DNA from: an uncultured bacterium
Lineage (GTDB): Bacteria > Lernaellota > Lernaellaia > JACKCT01
DNA: 21,497 bases
NCBI GenBank assembly: GCA_964591275.1
Contig: CAZQAE010000078.1
Location: forward strand, 1 to 21,497
Reading direction: 5' to 3'
In this document: positions 15,594 to 21,497 of the stretch, piece after piece
Numbering within the stretch: position 1 is the first letter of the stretch
How the letters are laid out: each line of letters begins with the position of its first letter
Position numbers and translations under genes: made by a program
The notes under the pieces: generated by a model
The model's input: only the letters and a program-made list of their open reading frames with translations
What the model was told of the DNA's origin: nothing
Database searches by the model: none

Positions 15594-16496
15594 TCATTCG
15601 TAATAGCGCGGCTCGACCTTCCTGCGCCCTGCGGTGCGTTGATATTTTTCTTTGGATTTCCCAATAACAATCACCGCGTAAATCTTTTCTCCTTTTTCGA
15701 GACCAAGGTTTTTTCTAATTCCCTTGTCGTTCTTGATCGCTTCAACAGCAAACCCGATCAGACAGGTTCCCAGACCAGCCGCGTGGGCGGCCAGTAAAAT
15801 ATTTTGCGTCGCCAGCAACGCATCTTCGCAAGGAGTAGCGCTTCCTGTTTTAGCTCCTACTAAAATAGCCGCCGGGGCTTGATGAAACAGCATATCTTTT
15901 CCATCAACATCATAGTCATGCAACGCCTGCTCAACAAATTCATAATAGTCGCGATAATATTTGCCAAGCACGTCCTTCGCAAACAACCGCGATAGGAATC
16001 GAACCGACCTTTTCGATGCAAGGTTGTTGAGTTTGCGGAAGAAACCCGAAATTTTAGATCCCAGTTTTTCCACCGCCTGCGCAGTCGGCAAAATGGTAAA
16101 AGTCCATTGTTGCGTGTTGGAACCGGAGGGGGCAGTCATTCCCGCTTTCACCAGATCCTTGAGTAAATCACGCTCGACCGATTCGTCGGAAAATTTTCTG
16201 CATGAACGCCGCGAACTCATGAGATTTACGAGCGACGCGGCGTCAAACTTACCCGGTTTTAACCAAGTTTTGTCCACATTGAGGGTTTCAAATTTCAAGC
16301 CATCCGCATCAATAAAGGAAATGTCTATAGCCTTTTGGGGACATGACGCCGCGCAATGCCCGCAACCGATGCATAGCGTGGAATCGCCGACCGCTAATTC
16401 ATCGGCCATCGACATAATCTCCCTGGGGCAGACCGGAATACACAATCCACATCCGTTGCACAGGTCCCGGTCGATCTTTATTTTTATTGGTTCCAA
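15594..16496 (-). CDS. 2x[4Fe-4S] ferredoxin-domain / nitroreductase-family fusion protein
   Basis: The N-terminus carries CNGCGLCIPVCP and CIGCGHCAASCP (two CxxCxxCxxxCP clusters). The C-terminal roughly 200 aa is nitroreductase-like (RRSCRKFSDESVERDLLKDLVKAGMTAPSGSNTQQWTF...). The start is an apparent TTG at 16496, because the first Fe-S motif begins at residue 13 and no in-frame ATG lies upstream. Confidence 0.8.
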   Translation of the reverse strand: MEPIKIKIDRDLCNGCGLCIPVCPREIMSMADELAVGDSTLCIGCGHCAASCPQKAIDISFIDADGLKFETLNVDKTWLKPGKFDAASLVNLMSSRRSCRKFSDESVERDLLKDLVKAGMTAPSGSNTQQWTFTILPTAQAVEKLGSKISGFFRKLNNLASKRSVRFLSRLFAKDVLGKYYRDYYEFVEQALHDYDVDGKDMLFHQAPAAILVGAKTGSATPCEDALLATQNILLAAHAAGLGTCLIGFAVEAIKNDKGIRKNLGLEKGEKIYAVIVIGKSKEKYQRTAGRRKVEPRYYE

Positions 16497-16743
16497 AGTC
16501 TTTCCATCCTCATTTTCAAAGTAATTTCAAAAAATCATGGGTTTCTAGCGTGAAACACTACCATAAAAATGAATGCTGCAAAAAAATGGGGGAAACGAGA
16601 TGTTTTTTCAAAACTCGCCAGTTCCATCCCAAAACTGCGATGGGACTCCTTTGGTTCCCCGACCCAGAGTGAGCAATTTTTTGTGAGGTCAAGGGAATAA
16701 GCGCTGCTCTTTCGGCATTGGGATAGCTGCCTATGGACTGTCG

Positions 16744-17802
16744 CTACAGCTTGATATTTGGATGTTTGTCGTAAGGCATCGGTAATACATCCGCGCCATG
16801 CAATGGATCGGCGTATGTCTTAATAAATTCCTTGTCCTCCGACGCATGGCACATGCCCTTCCCTTTTTGCAGGGCGTCCCAATTCGACATGCGGTGGTGG
16901 ATGGACTCAATCGAATCCGTTTTCACATTTCCAAAAGATATCTGGATGAAGGGACACGGCGTCACATCCCCGTAGCAGGTTACGTAAATTTCCGTTGTCC
17001 CGCAGGGGCAGCGAAAATCCTCGCTTCCCAGGTTTCCGTGGAGAAACACATCCGAATCCTCGGCCAACTCATCGAGAATCTTTCGATGCCGCGCCTCCAG
17101 TAACACTTCACGGTTGGCGCTCCATCCACCGGCGGAAGACGGGAAAACCAATCCCAACGTCGCATCGTGCTCCTTGGCCAATTTCAAAACCCTGCCCACG
17201 TTCCCCGCCTCCACCTGGCTGACCGTGGTTGTGAAGCACAAATGTCCACGAACGCCGGGAGTTTCGCGAATGACTTTAAGCGCAGCGAAAACTTTTTCGT
17301 AGAGTCCGGGGATGCCACGCAGTTCGTCATGCTCTTTTGGGACCGGCGAATCGAGGCTGATCTTGAAAAGGTCCGCGCCGGCCTTGCGTAGCGACATGAT
17401 GCGCTCGGAATCGAGCAAGGCCCCGTTCGTATTGATGCCGATAAATGTTTGACGCGGGTGAAAAAAGCTAATGATCTTCTCAAGATTCTTATCGATGAGC
17501 GGCTCGCCGCCGGTGAAATTGACTTCATAAACGCCCATGCGATAGCAGTCATCGCCCAGGCGGCGCAGTTCAACGCTATCCAAACGGCTTCGTGAATTGT
17601 CGATCATTTTCAGCGATGAACATTTCGCACAAGCCGCCTGACAGTCGTACAAAACAGCGTATTCGAGAGCGCTCACCATCGGGTGGCCCCGCACTTTCGA
17701 CAGCGCCAGATTGCGCAGCCCGTTCACGGCAAACAGGGGCTTTTTGACAAGGAACATTCCGAATTTTGGAATGCGCCTGAGTATGTCGATAGGTCGTTTC
17801 AT
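16744..17802 (-). CDS. Radical SAM enzyme with a C-terminal Cys-rich SPASM/twitch-like extension
   Basis: ATG at 17802 with GAGAGAGG about 8 nt upstream. The motifs are YDCQAACAKCS (C-x3-C-x2-C), FTGGEPL, and a C-terminal cluster CPCGTTEIYVTCYGDVTPCP...C. This is typical of rSAM peptide or cofactor maturases, but no substrate gene was identified. Confidence 0.8.
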   Translation of the reverse strand: MKRPIDILRRIPKFGMFLVKKPLFAVNGLRNLALSKVRGHPMVSALEYAVLYDCQAACAKCSSLKMIDNSRSRLDSVELRRLGDDCYRMGVYEVNFTGGEPLIDKNLEKIISFFHPRQTFIGINTNGALLDSERIMSLRKAGADLFKISLDSPVPKEHDELRGIPGLYEKVFAALKVIRETPGVRGHLCFTTTVSQVEAGNVGRVLKLAKEHDATLGLVFPSSAGGWSANREVLLEARHRKILDELAEDSDVFLHGNLGSEDFRCPCGTTEIYVTCYGDVTPCPFIQISFGNVKTDSIESIHHRMSNWDALQKGKGMCHASEDKEFIKTYADPLHGADVLPMPYDKHPNIKL

Positions 17803-17990
17803 GCTTGCCTCTCTCGTGCGACGATAACATTGCCGCGAGACATGAACAAGCTATCAGGCAATAGAGGGTGAGTGAACACCCTGTGAAACGATTTCGCAGA
17901 GTTAAAGGATGTTGCAAAAGGATCACAGCCGAGGACGGCTGTGCCGATGTTTCACGCGTTCCTTCATTCCCGCTGCCATGGCCCACCTTC

Positions 17991-18010
17991 GCCATTCCGG
18001 CCGGAATGGC
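17991..18010. promoter_or_regulatory. Perfect 20-bp palindrome GCCATTCCGG|CCGGAATGGC in a divergent promoter region (candidate operator)
   Basis: Read directly: 17991-18000 gccattccgg and 18001-18010 ccggaatggc. The sequence is its own reverse complement. It lies 61 nt upstream of the ATG at 18071 and 189 nt upstream of the minus-strand rSAM start. Confidence 0.5.
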
Positions 18011-18070
18011 GTCCTCCCCAGAGCATTATGACTTGCTCTACATGAGCGCTTGGACCTAATATCCTAGACG

Positions 18071-20323
18071 ATGGATTTCATTTCTGTAAAAATTCCGGCG
18101 CGGTCATTAAACCACTTGTCGCTTCTTAGAAACGCTCGAACCTATTTTTGCTGCTTTATGGCGCTTTTCTGCCTTGGCTTATATCTGGCGGCGACTTCTC
18201 CGCTAATTTATTGGCGCGATTCCGTCGAGTTCGCCATGATCGGCCACAACCTGGACATCGGGCATCCGGCCGGCAGTCCGGTCTTTTCCATGTTCACCAA
18301 ATTCCTTGATTTACTGCCCATCGGCTCCATCGCTTTTCGGGCAACATTATTTTCCATGCTCAGTGCGTTTTTCGCCATATCAGCCCTGGTTTTTACACTT
18401 TTCAGACTGGCTGAATCCTTTAGACATACTGGTTGGAGATTGTGTTTCGGCGCTCTTGTCGCTGTCTGCGCTTTCGCCTTTTCTCCAGCTTTTTTCGATT
18501 GGGCCATTGCGCCCGAAGTGTACGCCGCGCAAGTTCTGGTCGTTTTCCTCCTTATTGCAATGTCGATTGAGTTATTCATCCAGGAGCGTCACGGCGGAGC
18601 CGACAGGCGACTTCTCTTTCTCGCCGGTTTGATTCTGGGATTGGGATGCGGCGTGCACATGGGGACGGGGCTGCTCGCGCCGGGGCTAGCCTGGGTTCTC
18701 ATCATGCCGAATCGATCCCTGCGGCGATTACGAAGCATTTCCCTTTTCGGCCTTTTTGTTTTCATCGGCTTTAGCGTTTACATCTATCTGCCGATCCGGG
18801 CCGCAACGCAGCCGACATTCAACCAGGGCAATCCGCAAACGTGGGGTTTGTTCCTGGGGCACATCACCGGCAGTCGCTATTCGGAAATCATCCACAGCTT
18901 CCCGTGGCCGCGCATCCTGCTCAATCTCCGCGCCCTGGCCGCGCATTTCCCCGACCAGCTCACATGGCCCACGCTGCCTCTGGCTGTCTTCGGCTTAATG
19001 TTTTGCGCCAGGCGAAGTCCGCATTTTCTCATCGGTATCTGTCTATTCGTTTTTGGACATCTCTACCTGTACGTGAAGGATTGGGAAAGAGCCTTCGGCT
19101 ATATCCCGCTATTCGCCCTGGCCGCTGTGCTGACGGGCGTCGGCGCTGTCGCCGCCTCTCATTTCCTTTCGGGCAAAAAGCGATATTTCAGCCCCTGGAT
19201 AGGAATTTCCGCGTGCCTGATCTTTGCATTCATGCTTTTTGTTCACCAGGCTCAGAGAGCTATCCTTGAACGTTCCCACAGCGCGCACGACCTGACACAT
19301 CGCCACGCACGCGGCCTCCTCAATTCATTGCCACACGATGCGCTTTACGTCAGTCATCAGGACGCCAACAGTTATACGATCTTCTACGCGCAATCCGTCG
19401 AACGATATCGGGAGGATGTGGTCCACATCCAACGTGCTTTTCTCCCGCTGCCGGATTATCTGCGTGAACGTTATTCATCCATCGACTGGAGCGGTTACGA
19501 TCCGCAAAAAAGGTTCGGCGTTTACGACTTCTTGGTCGACCAAAGCAAAGTGCAAGAAGCATTCTGGGACTATGGGTGGGAAATGCGCGCCGATGTTCCA
19601 GTCGATGGCCTGGCAACGCACGGTTTCATCTGGCGGATCGCCCAAGACAATTCTTTCAAACCTGATCCGGATCGACGGAGATTAAAGAAATATTTCGGGC
19701 AGGTCATCGCGGAGATGGATTTTCATCCTTACGACTTCACCGTCCGCGAAGTCTATGCCAGGCGCTTTTCGCTATTGGCCAAATATATGTATGACCATCG
19801 CGAGTATGAGCAGGCGGAAAGCGCCATCAACCGGGCGCTTGAAATCCGCCCCCAATACGGCCAGTTATACGCGCAGCTCGGCATCATTGAGGCTGCCAGG
19901 GGAATGCTCGATCAGGCATGGCTAAACGGCGTCCTGGCCACGCAACTCGAACCCGGCCATATCGACAATTGGAACTACCGCGCGCAGTTTGCGATTCGGG
20001 ATAAGAAACCAGACGACGCCCTGTTTGCTTACGAAAAATCACTGGCGCTCAACCGCTGGCAAAGCGGCCCCGCGTTGGGTCTCGCGGAATTTTTGGTGAA
20101 TAAAAAACAATATGCCAAGGCCGCATCGCGAGCCAAAGACGCCCTCGACTGCGCGAAAAACGAACGCGACGAGCATCGAGCCAATAACGTTTTTGCGCGG
20201 GCGCTTGTCGGCCTGGGCCAATGCGCTGACGCCCTCCCGATTATCACAAAACTTAAGGAAATGAATCCTGGCGACGAGACGACGCAAGGGATGCTTGATT
20301 TTTGCCGGGGACAATTGAAATAG
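18071..20323 (+). CDS. DUF2723 (TMEM260-like) GT-C-fold membrane glycosyltransferase with a C-terminal TPR domain
   Basis: The first-loop motif YWRDSVEFAMIGHNLDIGHPAGSPVF matches the DUF2723 signature as I recall it (D-[SG]-x-E-F......G-[IV]-x-H-P-x-G-x-P). About 11 TM segments span residues 1-390. The C-terminal roughly 200 aa is TPR-like (YEQAESAINRALEIRPQYGQLYAQLGIIEA...). The stop at 20321-20323 overlaps or abuts the GT2 gene. Confidence 0.75.
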   Translation: MDFISVKIPARSLNHLSLLRNARTYFCCFMALFCLGLYLAATSPLIYWRDSVEFAMIGHNLDIGHPAGSPVFSMFTKFLDLLPIGSIAFRATLFSMLSAFFAISALVFTLFRLAESFRHTGWRLCFGALVAVCAFAFSPAFFDWAIAPEVYAAQVLVVFLLIAMSIELFIQERHGGADRRLLFLAGLILGLGCGVHMGTGLLAPGLAWVLIMPNRSLRRLRSISLFGLFVFIGFSVYIYLPIRAATQPTFNQGNPQTWGLFLGHITGSRYSEIIHSFPWPRILLNLRALAAHFPDQLTWPTLPLAVFGLMFCARRSPHFLIGICLFVFGHLYLYVKDWERAFGYIPLFALAAVLTGVGAVAASHFLSGKKRYFSPWIGISACLIFAFMLFVHQAQRAILERSHSAHDLTHRHARGLLNSLPHDALYVSHQDANSYTIFYAQSVERYREDVVHIQRAFLPLPDYLRERYSSIDWSGYDPQKRFGVYDFLVDQSKVQEAFWDYGWEMRADVPVDGLATHGFIWRIAQDNSFKPDPDRRRLKKYFGQVIAEMDFHPYDFTVREVYARRFSLLAKYMYDHREYEQAESAINRALEIRPQYGQLYAQLGIIEAARGMLDQAWLNGVLATQLEPGHIDNWNYRAQFAIRDKKPDDALFAYEKSLALNRWQSGPALGLAEFLVNKKQYAKAASRAKDALDCAKNERDEHRANNVFARALVGLGQCADALPIITKLKEMNPGDETTQGMLDFCRGQLK

Positions 20324-21111
20324 ATTTATGGGAGCATTTGAACTTGACCAACGACTCTAAGAAAATTTTATCGACATATGACCTGTCCATCGTCATTCCC
20401 GTTTACAACGAGAGCTGGCGAATCGATGAGGGCCTGCGTGCAATCATGAAGTATCTGAATGCGCGGACGGACAAATGCCAGATCGTTGTCGTGGATGACG
20501 GCAGCGGCGACGACACCGTGGAAAAGGCGCGAAAAATTTTAAAGGCATTTCCTGATCACCTGGTCATTGAGTCCGAAATCAATCGTGGCAAGGGACACGC
20601 CGTAAAAATCGGCATGCTAGCCGCCGGAGGCGCCGTCCGGCTTTTCACGGACATCGACCTGTCCGTGCCCATTGAAACAGCCGATCATTTCGCCCGGCTT
20701 ATTTTCGACGGCGCTGATATCGTCATCGGAACGCGCAAGGTCAAGGGCAGCGACGTGCGTGTCCATCAACCTTGGTGGCGAGAGATGCCCGGCGGAGTAT
20801 TCCGCTGGATGTCAAAATGCCTTTGCGCGCCGACCATCACGGATTTCACCTGTGGCTTCAAAGCCTTTTCCGCTCCAGCCACGCGCGCCATCTTCGAGCA
20901 AAGCGTCATCGACCGTTGGTCATTCGACGCAGAGATTCTTTTCCTCGCCTACCAACTGCGCCTGCTCATCGTGCAGATCCCCGTCGTATGGGTTAACTCG
21001 GAGGACAGCCGCGTGAGCATCGGCATAGACATGATCCGAAGCTTCCTGGAACTGATGATCATTCCCATCATGGGAGTGCGCGGACAGTATAAATTGAGGT
21101 CTGGAATTTAG
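20302..21111 (+). CDS. GT2-family polyprenyl-phosphate sugar transferase (Dpm1/ArnC/GtrB-like)
   Basis: LSIVIPVYNE, QIVVVDDGSGDDT, TDIDLSVP (DxD-type) and TDFTCGFKAF are hallmarks of Dpm1-like GT2 enzymes. The ORF track gives a TTG at 20302, which overlaps the upstream gene by 22 nt. The true start may instead be the TTG at 20338 or 20344, downstream of the GGAG at 20330-20333. There is no in-frame ATG before the catalytic motifs. Confidence 0.8.
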   Translation: MPGTIEIDLWEHLNLTNDSKKILSTYDLSIVIPVYNESWRIDEGLRAIMKYLNARTDKCQIVVVDDGSGDDTVEKARKILKAFPDHLVIESEINRGKGHAVKIGMLAAGGAVRLFTDIDLSVPIETADHFARLIFDGADIVIGTRKVKGSDVRVHQPWWREMPGGVFRWMSKCLCAPTITDFTCGFKAFSAPATRAIFEQSVIDRWSFDAEILFLAYQLRLLIVQIPVVWVNSEDSRVSIGIDMIRSFLELMIIPIMGVRGQYKLRSGI

Positions 21112-21149
21112 TCAGTGCTCAGTAATGAATGAAGGAGCGACATTCCTTT

Positions 21150-21189
21150 CGCGATTGTATCGCTCGGATCGGATTTGAGCGCTTTTTTG
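21150..21189 (+). terminator. Possible rho-independent terminator after the GT2 gene
   Basis: CGCTC (21160-21164), an 11-nt loop, GAGCG (21176-21180), then CTTTTTTGA (21181-21189). The stem is only 5 bp and an alternative stem GCGAT-tgt-ATCGC overlaps it. Confidence 0.35.
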
Positions 21190-21497
21190 ATCAGCTCCTT
21201 CGTCTTTTGATATTACATTAACCGTGATTCCCCATTTCAAATTTTGAAACCGTCCTTGATTTGTAGAATAGAACCTGTCCGTGCTTCCGATCGCCGATCT
21301 GTTTTGAGGCAACGTCGCGTTGGCATTGATGCCTTTGAAAGAAAGGCGAATCGAATTCCCCGGAGGGATTCGCTCCCACTTGATATGCGACCCATTTGTA
21401 AGACAACTGCGGAATTATTAGGACACGGCCTTGCCGTGCCTAGTGTTTGGCCTTTCCCTAGACATTCTCCATGATTTTCATTTAACCGAAAAATAAT

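Noticed and set aside
14665-15670. Four minus-strand ORFs (14665-15105, 14786-15121, 15118-15498, 15185-15670) and plus ORF 15295-15603
   Set aside because: These are artefacts of the roughly 64% GC EamA gene. The plus-strand frame has a coherent 10-TM DMT transporter sequence, and the others are Arg/Pro/Gly-rich nonsense.
16487-16672. 61-aa plus-strand ORF (contains ...KNECCKK...) in the rSAM/nitroreductase spacer, considered as a RiPP precursor
   Set aside because: It is on the opposite strand to both flanking enzymes and overlaps the nitroreductase start. It has no RBS and no leader or core organisation, so I kept it only as a note.
17576-17995. 139-aa minus-strand ORF overlapping the rSAM 5' end and extending into the intergenic region
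   Set aside because: It overlaps the well-supported rSAM CDS out of frame, and the remainder covers the palindrome and hairpin region.

Overview
This 21.5 kb window is bacterial chromosome from a poorly characterised lineage, with about 20 protein genes and no rRNA, tRNA, CRISPR array or mobile element detectable by eye. All domain calls rest on my recognition of sequence motifs. I could not run homology searches.

Genes in order: the 3' end of a TPR (YbgF/CpoB-like) gene; a LysM secreted protein; glycogen synthase glgA (minus); a DUF4388x2/acidic/TPR protein (minus); a Crp/Fnr regulator; an SPFH/band-7 lipoprotein (minus); a 689-aa polytopic membrane protein; a DegT/ArnB-type sugar aminotransferase and an NAD-dependent epimerase/dehydratase, translationally coupled on the minus strand; a divergently transcribed B12-binding radical SAM enzyme; a GC-rich EamA/DMT transporter; a 2x[4Fe-4S] ferredoxin-nitroreductase fusion and a second radical SAM enzyme with a Cys-rich SPASM/twitch-like tail (both minus); a DUF2723 (TMEM260-like) GT-C membrane glycosyltransferase with C-terminal TPRs; and an overlapping Dpm1/ArnC-like GT2 polyprenyl-phosphate sugar transferase.

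Two things stand out. First, three small paralogous secreted proteins (3165-3809, 7829-8395, 8417-8734) share one architecture: a signal peptide, a conserved Cys, a 12-68-residue tract that is nearly pure Asp encoded by imperfect GAY tandem repeats, and then unrelated C-terminal domains. Second, the surrounding genes fit an unusual lipid-linked (amino)sugar modification system: aminotransferase, dehydratase, B12-radical-SAM, GT2 and GT-C enzymes, plus a radical SAM/ferredoxin-nitroreductase pair.

GC content is visibly mosaic, from roughly 45% to 65% by eye. There are several strong hairpins or palindromes in intergenic regions.
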